This document shows positions 1 to 10,809 of a DNA stretch of 64,000 nucleotides, in pieces. Origin of the DNA: Felis catus (Eukaryota). Under the pieces are notes generated by a model, which ran no database searches, was not told the DNA's origin, and saw only the letters and a program-made list of their open reading frames with translations. Numbering within the stretch: position 1 is the first letter of the stretch; each line of letters opens with the position of its first letter. The position numbers were made by a program, and so were the translations under genes. Where the stretch lies: contig NC_058370.1 in the NCBI RefSeq assembly GCF_018350175.1, positions 20,336,001 through 20,400,000 of the forward strand. The letters run 5' to 3'.

Positions 1-264
1 TTAGTTCGCTTGAAGTATAGCAAATGCTTCTACCTGGTTCTCTGTGTTTGGGGTGAGTCCCTTTCTTCTGGGGGCTTCGTTTTCCTCTTCTGTAGGAGGA
101 GAATTGATCTGAGTTATTCTCTGTCTGAGTTCTAAGTTCTCTGCTGAGATTGCCCTGCATGGATAGTTATCTTCTCTTACGGATATCATTTTAGTGCAAA
201 CCCTCCAAGCTGCCCAAATAGCTTCAGAGGTGGGGCTCTCACCATCTGCTAAGACAGAGGAGAG

Positions 265-445
265 CCAAATCCTGCCTGTGGGCAGAAGACTGCCCCCCCA
301 AAAAACTTGGCACACAGCCGCATCCGTTTACCTATTGTCTGTGGCTGCTCCCCGGCTGCAAAGCAAGAGCTGTGTAGTCACTACAGAAAGCAAGTAGCCC
401 ACAAAACTGAAGAGTACGCATCTGGTCTTTTCCAGAAAACATCCT
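265..445 (+). mobile_element. MER58A-like hAT DNA transposon fragment
   Basis: ttggcacacagccgcatccgtttacctattgtctgtggctgct...atctggtcttttccagaaaa resembles the recalled MER58A body. Confidence 0.6.
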
Positions 446-549
446 CTTAACTCTTCTGACCACTTTAAATATGACTCAACCCTGGCTTTACCAGAAAATG
501 GCTTCTCTGATCAGAGACTCAGACCTGGCAGGTGCAAGAATGACAATGG

Positions 550-1262
550 CGAGCCCACTTCCAGGCACATATCTACCGAAGTCGGGACCCCCAAAATATA
601 TCTACACCCTCACGTTCGTTGCAGCGTTAGTCACGATAGTCAAGATGTGGAAACAGCCCCAATGCCCTTTGATGGATAGATAATGAAACCGTGCTGTGGC
701 ACATACCCGCAATAGAATATTATGTAGCCTTTTAAAAAATGAAAGAAAACCTTCCATCTGCAACAACGTGGATGGACCTGGGGGGTAGCGTGCTAAGTCG
801 AAGAAACCAGGCACAGAAAGACAGAACTGTGTGATCTCACTTACACATAGTACCTAAAACAGTCAAACCCATAGAAGTGAATAGCAGAGTGATAGTTCCG
901 GGGGCTGGGGGCAGGGGAGGGGAGAAATGGGGAGACAGTAGTCAAAGGGCACAAATTTCCACGTAAAGAAGATGCGTAAGCTCTGGAGATTTACTATACA
1001 GCATAGTGACTAAGGCAAGTGGTATTGTGCCCATATACTTCAAATTTGCTGAGAGGGAAGATCTTATGTAAAGCATTCTTACCACAAAAATAATAACGTA
1101 AGCGGAGGAAACTCTCGGAGGTGATGGATATGTTCGCGGCCTTGATGGTGGGGATGGTTTCAAGGTTGCACGCTTGTCCCCAAGCTCACTGAGTTGTATA
1201 CATTAAATATGTACAGATTTGTACATGCCAATTATACACCTCAATAAAGTGGGTATTAAAAA
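550..1262 (+). mobile_element. Old LINE-1 (L1MA/L1MB-type) ORF2 end + 3' UTR
   Basis: Translation TLTFVAALVTIVKMWKQPQCPLMDR matches the L1 ORF2 C-terminus (FIAALFTIAKTWKQPKCPS), followed by a typical 3' UTR ending cctcaataaa. Confidence 0.9.
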
Positions 1263-1410
1263 TTGATAAGGAAATGCTGCTGCATATCGTCCTTTATCCA
1301 ATTCATCGCTCTCCTTTATCACACCTTGGGAAGACACTTCCTGTCCTAAGGAAGCTCTTAACACATTTCAGAGATCTGTGCACCTGTGACGGCGGCCTTT
1401 GGACTCAGCC

Positions 1411-1427
1411 CTGCCCCCTAGAGGCTA
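1411..1427 (-). promoter_or_regulatory. Candidate CTCF site
   Basis: Reverse strand TAGCCTCTAGGGGGCAG fits core CCWSYAGRKGGCRS with no mismatch; motif match only. Confidence 0.4.
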
Positions 1428-1864
1428 GTTCCCCCTTACAAGCCAGCTCTCGGGATAATCAGCTGTTTAAGGATCTGTAGGAGGAGCCCCAAATTCTCCA
1501 ACATTTCCTCATGGGTATGGTTTAGCCCTTCTCCTCTACAGTACCCCACCCCTGGGCATTCACGGTTTCTCTATGCCATATGTGCTGTGACTCTAATCCT
1601 GAACACAAGGACCCAAGTATCCTGGCCCTTCTGGACATTCCGTGCTGGGGCCATTTCCTCCCATTGACATCACCTCGACTCCGAACATGTTGCATATGTG
1701 CTTCTGATGTCAGGGCACATTCTCCCAGCTTGTGAGGGCGTAGTTGGGTTTTAGGTCAACGTATGAGCCTTTGCATTTAAAATGCAAAATGTGTCCATTT
1801 ATTTCAATCTATTCAGTTAGATTTGGATCTGGGATGCGCCTGCTTCTAAAATAATACAGATTTC

Positions 1865-2080
1865 GGGGCGCTCGGGTGGCTCAGTTGAGCTCGGTTGAGT
1901 GTTCTGCTTCGGCTCAGGTCATGATCTCACGGGTTGTGAGTTCGAGCCCCGCGTCGGGCTCTGTGCTGACAGCTCAGAGCCTGGAGCCTGCTTCGGATTC
2001 TGTGTCTCCCTCTCTCTCTGCTCCTCCCCTGCTCGTGCTCTCTCTCTCTCTCAAAAATAAACATTAAAAAAATTTTTTTT
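1865..2080 (+). mobile_element. Can-SINE (SINEC_Fc type)
   Basis: ggggcgc..gggtggctcag head, (CT)n, aaaataaacattaaaa tail; decayed TSD aaataatacagatttc/aaatgatacaaattcc. Confidence 0.95.
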
Positions 2081-2145
2081 AAATGATACAAATTCCAAGG
2101 CCTCACCTGACCCCCCGCCCCCCAAAATCAGAAATGGTTTGTTTG

Positions 2146-2600
2146 TTTATTTATTTTAATTCCTGTTAGTTAACATACGGTGTTCTATTAGTTATAGGTG
2201 TATGGTACAACGATTCAGCAATTCCATACAACATCCAGTGCTCATCATGACAAGTGCACCCCTGTTTCACCCATCCTCCCCCCCACCTCCCCTCTGGGCA
2301 CCGTCAGTGTGTTCCCTGTAGGTAAGAGTCTTCAACTTGATTTCCCTCTCTCTCTATTATCTTTTTCCTTTTGTTTGTTCACTTTGTTTCTTAAGTTCCA
2401 CATATGAGTGAAATCACATGGTATGTGTCTTTCTCCGACCAGTTTCACTTCGCATCATACCCTCCAGTTCCGTCCATGTCGTTGCCAATGGCCAGATTTA
2501 TTCTTTTTCGCAGCTGAGTAATATTCCGTTGTGTGTACCTCCCACCTCTTCTGTGTCCCTTCGTCAATCAGCGGGCGCTTGTGCTGCTTCCGTATCTTGG
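2146..2600 (-). mobile_element. Carnivore LINE-1 3' end (antisense)
   Basis: T-rich tail then gttaacatacggtgttctattagtt...ccacatatgagtgaaatcacatggta...catgtcgttgccaatggc, the L1 3' UTR in reverse. Confidence 0.85.
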
Positions 2601-3283
2601 CAGAATCGTTTCGAAAGGTGATCTCGGTTTCCTGCCTGGTGGGAGAACGCCTGCCTTAAGTGCCCAGTTTGACCGAAATGTCTTGCCCTGTGTGCTTCTG
2701 AGCTTGGGCAATTGTCTTCTCCCCTCTGCCCGGTCACACTGGAAGTGAGCCCTCCCTTTCATTAGCCCACTCTATTCCTTATCTTGACTGCTTTATACGA
2801 TCTGGCAATTTCTCTATGTTTACTTTCTTCGCGCACAGCGTTTCCCCTCACCGCTGGCGTTTGCAAACAGAGTGATCGTGGATCTGTTACTTAAACTGGG
2901 TGAACTCAGGGGCCTCCCCTGTAAAATGAGAATGGTTCCTCTTTAGGCTGTCATAAGATGTCAAATGTAAAAGCAGAAAGTACGTACGTGGACCAGACTG
3001 CATGCTGAATAAACATGTGACCTCCTGACCCTCAGTTAACTGAAGACACTTTTTAGAGCAGAAGCGTGTCTCAGGCAAACATATTTTATATCCCAACAGA
3101 ATCCAGCCCAGCAACTCATGCCTATCAGGGACTCAGAGGATAGATACTAAACCAATGAAGAATGAAGGAATCAATCCATCGATCAATCAATGGATGAAAA
3201 ATAAATAAATGAACGAAAACATGGGTCTCTAGTAACAAGCAGTAGATGGTCTCTAAAGGACCACCTCTGATTGTCTCTGGGCT

Positions 3284-3463
3284 CAGGGCCGCCAAACCTG
3301 GCTGCACATCGTGATTGTCAAGGGACCCTTACAAAATTCAGATGCCCAAGTTCTACCCCAGATCCATGAACCAAAATCTGTTGGTGAATGGGGGCCTAAA
3401 AATTTGAAATTTAAAATGCCCTCTCATTGATTCTGATACTCACCCCATCTGGGGAAGCCACCA
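3284..3463. mobile_element. MER5-type hAT element
   Basis: caaacctggctgcacatc...cagatgccc...gattctgat...aagccaccact, typical MER5A/B layout. Confidence 0.6.
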
Positions 3464-4187
3464 CTCTTGAGAATCAGGAAGAGGCCATATTGCTCTGCTT
3501 AACGTAATGAGATACATTTTCTGGCTCTACGGTAGTTATTGAAAGTCTAATTCCGATTGATTGTTCAAAACATATCCATTAAGGTTCAACATCTGTTTAA
3601 TAGGTATATCCTATTACGCTCCTGTACTTAGGGCCACAGTCAAGACCTGACATAAATGGAGACACTGTTTAAATAAACTAATTACATAAGGGCACGCAGA
3701 GGCTGATCTGAACAGGGGCCTTTGAACATGACATATGCCTTTAATCAAAACCAGGCATCAGGAGAAAACAAGATACCCCAGGCCGGAGTCATGCAACACG
3801 GTGATTCTACACCCGATATTCCCAATGCCAGCCCGGTCTGGGGGCTCCGTGAACAATACCGACGCCCCCCCACCCCCGCACCACTACCTCAACAGGCAAC
3901 ATTTCTGAGACCGGGCTGGTAAACTCTGACGGGCGGCAGAAGAAAGGGGTGATCTGACAGGTAAAGCCCCTCTGCACGCCTCTCTCTCGGACTGTTCTCA
4001 AGCATGGTGTTTCTGAACAGAGTTCTCCTTCGTGGCTGAGGGACTGGTTCTGGCTGTTCACGGGAGCGTGGCTCCATAGGTACTCGCCTCATCCTTCCCA
4101 AGCTCACTCTTACAGCCTTGGGATCGCACCTTCCAGTAAAACACTTAGCACTTCCTCTGGAATTCTGTTCCAGGGCAACGAGACTAA

Positions 4188-4405
4188 GATTACTAAATGC
4201 CAGGCACTTTTTTGTGTGTGCTTTATACACCGTATTTTATTATTCCCCAGCTGTCCATCTAAAATAAGCATCAGTATGCCCTTTTCTAAGAAAGGAAATT
4301 GATGATCACAGGGTTAACTCATCCAAGGCAACCCACCCAAGAAGTGTCAGGGGCGAGACCAAGAAGTACAGTCTTTTACTTCAATGTTTGTGTTCCTAAC
4401 CACCA
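4188..4405 (-). mobile_element. MIR fragment
   Basis: tgccaggcact...gctttataca...ggaaattga...ggttaactcatccaagg...cctaaccac, MIR core. Confidence 0.6.
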
Positions 4406-4731
4406 TGCACGATCCCATTTTCCAAATGGTGACAGAACTTCCTGGCTGCAGTTAAATATGGTGAGAACTGTTGGTAAAACCTCTTCCCACACGCCATGTG
4501 CTAACATGTGCTAAAGCACACAGTCCTGAATCCATCTCATTAAGCTCAGGCTGTAAGGCAGAGAGGCTCGCTGCCCTGCACACTTTAACCAGGAGCAACT
4601 TGCCGGGTGGAACCACCTCCATAGGCACCTAGTCACTCAGATGTCTGCCTGACCTACTGAGCTCAGAGTTCCTGGAGGGACAAACATGTTATACTTCTCC
4701 TTGTCTTCCTGGCATCCACTGTTGTGCCCGA

Positions 4732-4968
4732 GAGGTCCCTGGGAGGTTCAGTCGGTTGAGCGGCCGACTTCGGCTCAGGTCATGATCTCACGGTCCGTGG
4801 GTTCGAGCCCCGCGTCAGGCTCTGGGCTGACAGCTCGGAGCCTGGAGCCTGCTTCGGATTCTGTGTCTCCCTCTCTTTCTGCTCTTCCTTCGCTCATGGT
4901 CTCTCTCTCTCTCTCTCTCTGTCTCTCTGTAAGATAAATAAACATTAAATTTTTTTTAAATAAAAAAA
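4732..4968 (+). mobile_element. Can-SINE (SINEC_Fc type)
   Basis: tcagtcggttgagcggccgacttcggctcaggtcatgatctcacgg, CT tract, A tail. Confidence 0.95.
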
Positions 4969-6468
4969 TGCTTGAGAAATGAACTGAAATGAAATTAATG
5001 TAACGCTTTGGTAAAGATACTTTAACTTTGGTGTCTATGCCTACAACACAGTCATTAGTTGAAAATTAACTGTGGATTAAAAAAAAAACCCACACCTCAG
5101 ACAGTCTAACTGCAGCCTCTCTTAAGTGCACCCACAAATCTGACTTTAATGGCTGGCTCTTCCTCGATGAGCAGGAAGTGCGCTCCCTGGTCAGGTGTGG
5201 CACAGGTGAGCATGGCCATCCCGATTTGCGGATACTCTTCCGGGCAGCCCCTCCCAGTTCGGAATGGACGTGACTTATCCCGCTGATATTAGTTATCAAG
5301 CTTCTTGCCAAAGCTTGCCACAAGTTTGGAGTCCATTTCTAACGTCTGTGTTGTTTTTAGAGTAAATGACTTTGAAATAGAGCAAGACCTCAAAAAGTTC
5401 ATCCACTGCTCTGACACCTTGTAATGTGAAAGCATTTCTGGTAGACCGATATTGATGGAGATCTTTGGCTGCAGCGGGTCGGGATCTTTCTTCCACCACG
5501 TGGTACTTCGGCCCCCATTTTGGTCTTCCGGTGCCTCCATCACGAACTCTCCCTCCACTGGCCCCCCGTTGCACCGTCTTCCACTGCTTCTCGATGTTAA
5601 CCTAACTTCTGCAAGACCTGTCTTGCCTCCCACTCCTCCCATTGATCTAGAATGACCTCCTTCTTCTTCCTTCCATCCCAAGCCTGTGCTTGAGCCTCAC
5701 TCCATGGCCACGTCCTGTGACACTCCCTTATTGACTTATTCCACATTTCTAGTCATCATGTCTTCGAAAGTTACCGGACGTCCCAGGGGAAATCAAAGAA
5801 TAATTGAATACTGCTGAAGAATGGGTATCTCTTTACACTCTAGGGCTCGGTGTCTGATTCCAAAGCACCCTTCAGTATTGGGGGGTTCCTTTGTTTTGTT
5901 TTGGTCGGCCTTGGTTTTGTTCTTCACCCAGTTAGGTATGTCAGAGTCAGCAGGCAGCCTGTTCATTGTTACGATGCATTTGGAATGGAGCTGGGTGTCA
6001 CAAGATATGCCATGGAGGAAAATTAGGGGAAATAATCCAAGGATTCTTGACCTTTCCACTGCCCACAGCCACACAGTGGGAGCACTGGGCTCCCAGCCCC
6101 CAACGTCCCTTCTCCTCTCCTTGATGACTCAGGATTTCTTTCATTCAGTGGTGAAATTCTCTCCCCATTTATATCTATTTCGTGATGACAAGCTCATTAA
6201 TTTTTTAAGTAAACACCAGACAGCATTATGTAATAAGAGGCCTGGGAAATTATGGGGAAAGCTTAGCATAAGTGTCCACGTCCAGAACTCCAAATACTAG
6301 CGAAGATTGTTGGAAGTCCTATTTGGAAGAGGGACTACAAAACGGTGTGATATTGGAAAAAAGTCATCCAACTTCTCTGAAACTTAGTTTTGCCCCCTGT
6401 GAAATGGAAACAAAACATCAGCAGTAACAACACTTTTCTTCCAGGGCTTCACAAGTTTGTTAGAAGGC

Positions 6469-6508
6469 GGGGGGGGGGGGGGGGGGGGGGGGGAGGGGGG
6501 GGCGGGGG
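6469..6508 (+). repeat. Poly-G tract (G25 plus G-rich extension) inside a MIR relic
   Basis: Direct reading. Confidence 0.9.
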
Positions 6509-7398
6509 AAGGTAACATGTGACCGAGTATTTGTTAAACTGCTAAAGTTCTAAGCAGATGTAAGTTATTACATCACACCCAGAGTTCAGAAAGACAATTA
6601 GGCACCCAGGTTATACTGTACCATGGATTCAACTGTGATTAATGCATTCACTTTGGAAACTCTAGGAATTAATAACCATTTGCCATACATTCATTATGAT
6701 CACATTAATCATTATAATTGATTGGTTAATTAGCTAATTATGGTTATAATATAGATGTCATAGGCATTTCCATAGGAATTCTTCGTAATTCAACATTAAT
6801 TAACGCCTGACCTTATCCTGATGCTGAACAGATCATGGGAGCGACCTTTTAACATAATTTTGATCAAAAGGGGACTTTACAGAAGAATATAATTGAAAAA
6901 AGCATCAGGATTTTCTGGACACTGGGCTTTAGTTGGAAAACATGAGAATCTTTGGGAAGCCAAAAGCTTGGAGCCCTTTTTTTTTCAAGTACTTTCAAAT
7001 TTTCTTCATTCCCTATTCGAACAAGCCCCATCCATGCAGGAAACGGTCCATTGCTACTGTCCTTGCTCCTCAGAGCAAGGTTTTTCTCAACATAGGAAGG
7101 GGAGCACCTGAGAGAGAACTAGGAAACGTTTATTGAGCACTAACTACTTGCCCGCTGTTTACTGGTGATGACAGAAACACATGAAAAATGATGTCGCTTC
7201 TGTCCGCAAGAATCTTACGATTTTCTGGAAGCCTCAAGAATTACAGAAGAAATATAGGAATTCAGTAGATTGTGCCTTCAGGAATGCTTAGAAAAATAAA
7301 ATCTTATCTTTTTATCTTTTTATCACTTTTTTTTGTTATAGACTACAGATGTGGAAATGCTTTGGAAGGAATTTAAAGGAAATCAAGAGTCATTTTTA

Positions 7399-7628
7399 TT
7401 TATTTTTTTTTTAATTTTTTTTTTTCAACATTTATTTATTTTTGGGACAGAGAGAGACAGAGCGTGAACAGGGGAGGGGCAGAGAGAGAGGGAGACACAG
7501 AATCGGAAACAGGCTCCAGGCTCTGAGCCATCAGCCCAGAGCCCGACGCGGGGCTCGAACTCACAGACCGCGAGATCGTGACCTGGCTGAAGTCGGACGC
7601 TTAACCGACTGCGCCACCCAGGCGCCCC
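7399..7628 (-). mobile_element. Young Can-SINE (SINEC_Fc)
   Basis: Full length; exact 14-bp TSD aagagtcattttta at 7385-7398 and 7629-7642. Confidence 0.97.
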
Positions 7629-8364
7629 AAGAGTCATTTTTAAATTGGAAAAAAAAGTCAGTTGTTTCCCGTGGTAAATTGGGGGGAAAATACTATACTT
7701 TCGAAACCCTCGAAACGTGTATGTTTAGCTGAATTTAAATTAATTGAAAGCTAGCGAGTAGAGCAAATACGCCAGTTATTCATATGTTTTGGGAACCCGT
7801 CGATGGTTGTTTTATACCTCTGAGTGTATATTATCCTAAAAGAGAAATATTTTGAGAACAGAAAGTACGTGGAAACTCTGCTATTCTGGTTTTCCCGGAT
7901 GAGAAAATCACCTTAGTCGCCGTTAAACTTAAGATACATAACATTTGGAACACATTACAAAAGCCATGAAATACGATGTCATGGAAAAGATTAATGTCCA
8001 AGATTCTAACTGCTACTATGCCAAAAGATAAGTTTTCGAAATAATTTGAATGTACCCATTAGCGCAAAATATTAATTTCCTCCTAAGACAGAAAGTTCAA
8101 CTATAATTATGTATAATGCATTAACAGAAGAGTTCTGTGATTTTTATCGTGGTCCAATGATTTGAGCCAAAATTTGATTTTTTTTTTTCCCTAAAGAAAA
8201 GGTGATTAAAACCACTAATACATTTGGGATTGTCAGAGTTGAATTACAAACTTGTAAGTACAGTCATTTAGGGTGATAAAAGGATGCGGATCAAGTCAGT
8301 TGGCCTATGGAAGCTGACCACATAGAAGCGAAGGGGAAGGAGCAATCGTTCCCTGAGAAAGGAT

Positions 8365-8595
8365 TCGCGTTAGCTCAGGTGCTCAGAAATCAGCTGCTGA
8401 AACAGGATCAGAAACGCGAGACTTTATTTGTGGCAAAAGGAGAGCAAGCTAGAGAAGGCCAAAGAGCTTTCAGATCTCTCTGTGAGTCCGACGTCTGAGA
8501 AGGACTGGAGGGAGAAAGGAAGATTCGGTCATAAAAGTCTCAGACCGCTGAGCAGTTCCAAGAAAGGTCCACCCAAGCCAGTAGATTGGAAAGAC
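8365..8595 (-). mobile_element. ERVL-class LTR (LTR16-like), putative 3' LTR fragment
   Basis: Reverse AATAAA near its end and the block gagctttcaga...gaaggactggagggagaaaggaag...ctcagaccgc, shared with the LTR relic at 10810-11310; abuts the integrase fragment. Confidence 0.55.
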
Positions 8596-9297
8596 AAGAG
8601 CCCATTCCAGGACTTCCTCCACGGGGAAGCGGGGATCATGGTCAGATGCCACGTTGTGTGGCCTGCCACGCGTTCGGATCAGGCATTCTGTAACCCCCTG
8701 CACGTTGGTGCTGATGGAAGCTCAAGGGTCAGGAGAGGCAAACCCATCTACCTGTTTGCCCTTCCAACATGGAAGGGGCCACGTGAAGCCTCCTCGCTAC
8801 GAAAAGGCTGCTTGGTCTCTTCAAGATAGAGTGCCACACTGGGGGCTCAGTGCTGGTGGCCACAGCTCCTGGCAAGTCAGATACCCAGGGAAGCAACAGC
8901 AGGAATGGCCCATGCACCTGAAAATCCATACTAGTGGGCCCGGAGTGGCTTCCATTTCTGTCACTGTGACTGTTCTGTTTACTCATTGTATCCGTTCTGG
9001 AGTGACAGATGATGAGAGCTGGCTACGGTCCACTGTCAAGTCATTTTGTCTCCTTGGGCGTTCAGCGCCTCGTCCGTGGTTGGTGCGTTCCAGGGAGACT
9101 GAGGTGCGATGCAGAAGTCCCTACCCTGTCTTCGCACTCTCGTATGCCCACCCGCATGCCTCCTCTCCAGACTCTTGGTCTCCGATTTTCCTGTGTCTTT
9201 CCCTCCAGGCCCCTGAGCAGGTGGCCAGGCCCCTGCCCAGGGAATCTAGAAATGCTCTCACCCTGGGCTGCTTCTCTGCCCACACAAAGTAGATGGT
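8595..9297 (-). mobile_element. Decayed ERV-L (class III) pol: RNase H and integrase N-terminal/core region
   Basis: Frameshifted pieces IYFVWAEKQPRVRAFLDSLGRGLATCSGAWRERHRKIGDQE (cf. ERV-L VHFAWKEKWPDVRLYTDSWAVANGLAGWSGTWKEHDWKIGDKE), KQNSHSDRNG (cf. EQSGHGGRDG) and GVTECLIRTRGRPHNVASDHDPRFPVEEVLEWA (cf. GLTECLIHRHGIPHSIASDQGTHFTAKEVRQWA) occur in the correct order. Confidence 0.88.
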
Positions 9298-9302
9298 AAC
9301 TG

Positions 9303-9959
9303 TGTGATGGGCTGAATTGTGTTCCTCCAAATCTACGTGTTGAAGTCATGCCTTCCAGGACCTCTTGATGCAACTATGTTTGGAGGTTAAGGTCTCTAAA
9401 GAGGTAACTAAGTTAAAATGAGGCATTTTTAGAGTAGGCCTTAGTCCGGTCTGAGCGGTGTCCTTATAAAAGGAGAAATTTTGGACACACGGGGAGATAC
9501 CAGGGCTACGGGTCCACAAGGGAAAGACCACCAGAGGACCCAGCAAGAGGGCAGCCATCTGCAAAGCCAAGGAGAGGCCTCCGAAGAGGCCAAACCCACA
9601 GACGCCTTGGTCTTCAACTTCTGGCCTTTATTTATTTATTTTTTTAAAAATTTTTTTTTAACGTTTATTTATTTTTGAGACAGAGAGAGACAGAGCATGA
9701 AGGGGGGAGGGGCAGAGAGAGAGGGAGACACAGAATCCAAACCAGGCTCCGGGCTCTGAGAAATCAGCACAGAGCCCGACACGGGGCTCGAACTCACGGA
9801 CCGCGAGATCATGACCTGAGCCGAAGTCGGACGCTTAACCGACTGAGCCACCCAGGCGCCCCTCAATTTCTGGCCTTTAGAACTGTGAGAAAATCATTCC
9901 GGTTATTTAAGCCCACTGGTCTCCAGCATTTCGTCACGGGAGCTCTGGCACGCCAACAA
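9303..9959 (+). mobile_element. MLT1B-type MaLR solo LTR, interrupted by a SINE
   Basis: tgtgatgggctgaattgtgttcctccaaa...gtgtccttataaaaggagaaatttggacacac...gccatctgcaaagccaaggagaggcctc...agaactgtgagaaaat; possible 5-bp TSD aactg/gactg. Confidence 0.9.
9631..9862 (-). mobile_element. Can-SINE inside MLT1B
   Basis: 17-bp TSD tcaacttctggccttta (9614-9630) / tcaatttctggccttta (9863-9879). Confidence 0.97.
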
Positions 9960-10650
9960 GACTGCTTTGAGCTCTACCGCCGGGAGGACCTTTCCCGTCT
10001 CTACTGTCTCTGTAGGCATTGTTCCCCTGATATCTCTTCCAAATGTCCGAGTCTTTGCACTGAAAGGGTTTCCTTCCACTGAGACAACTTCCCAACAAGA
10101 CTGCTTTGAGCTCTACCGCCGGGAGGACCTTTCCCGTCTCTACTGTCTCTGTAGGCATTGTTCCCCTGATATCTCTTCCAAATGTCCGAGTCTTTGCACT
10201 GAAAGGGTTTCCTTCCACTGAGACAACTTCCCAACAAGACTGCTTTGAGCTCTACCGCCGGGAGGACCTTTCCCGTCTCTACTGTCTCTGTAGGCATTGT
10301 TCCCCTGATATCTCTTCCAAATGTCCGAGTCTTTGCACTGAAAGGGTTTCCTTCCACTGAGACAACTTCCCAACAAGACTGCTTTGAGCTCTACCGCCGG
10401 GAGGACCTTTCCCGTCTCTACTGTCTCTGTAGGCATTGTTCCCCTGATATCTCTTCCAAATGTCCGAGTCTTTGCACTGAAAGGGTTTCCTTCCACTGAG
10501 ACAACTTCCCAACAAGACTGCTTTGAGCTCTACCGCCGGGAGGACCTTTCCCGTCTCTACTGTCTCTGTAGGCATTGTTCCCCTGATATCTCTTCCAAAT
10601 GTCCGAGTCTTTGCACTGAAAGGGTTTCCTTCCACTGAGACAACTTCCCA
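9953..10650. repeat. Tandem array, 5 x 139 bp, apparently identical units
   Basis: Unit ccaacaagactgctttgag...gagacaacttc starts at 9953, 10092, 10231, 10370 and 10509; 3-bp cca overhang at 10648-10650; ORF-track translations repeat identically. Confidence 0.98.
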
Positions 10651-10800
10651 GGTCACCACAGGGCTTGAACACTCGGGCCGCCAACGTGTGCTGGGGACCC
10701 TCTCTGTGCCCACCCCCACCCCCACCACTCCAGGGTGACGTGCGGTTTGCCAGCCGAATGGTGAGTGAGCCGGTCCCCAAACCCATCTTGCTGCCTGGGG
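9960..10800 (-). mobile_element. Decayed ERV-L gag 5' region (start codon at 10786)
   Basis: Frameshifted composite MGLG...PQHTLAARVFK / SPVVTWEVVSVEG / KRYQGNNAYRD resembles the recalled ERV3-16A3-type gag N-terminus (MGFW...PWHAVAAQLLKLSPVVNWDGVPVEG...RYGGNSNYKD); it lies between an LTR and pol. Confidence 0.7.
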
Positions 10801-10809
10801 CCGCCCACG

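Noticed and set aside
5289-5681. 130-aa minus ORF with MDSKLVASF, faintly like bornavirus N (MDQIKLVASY)
   Set aside because: Only a few residues match; no other EBLN motifs, polyA or TSD seen
5821-6300. 159-aa ATG ORF with a hydrophobic stretch
   Set aside because: Hydrophobicity arises from a T-rich ttttg low-complexity tract; no family resemblance
8654-9292. 212-aa plus-strand ORF
   Set aside because: Antisense shadow of the decayed ERV-L pol; non-ATG start, no recognisable protein
9953-10647. CRISPR-like array or repeated small genes (identical 84-aa and 118-aa ORFs)
   Set aside because: Contiguous identical units with no spacers in mammalian DNA; the ORFs are by-products of the 139-bp period
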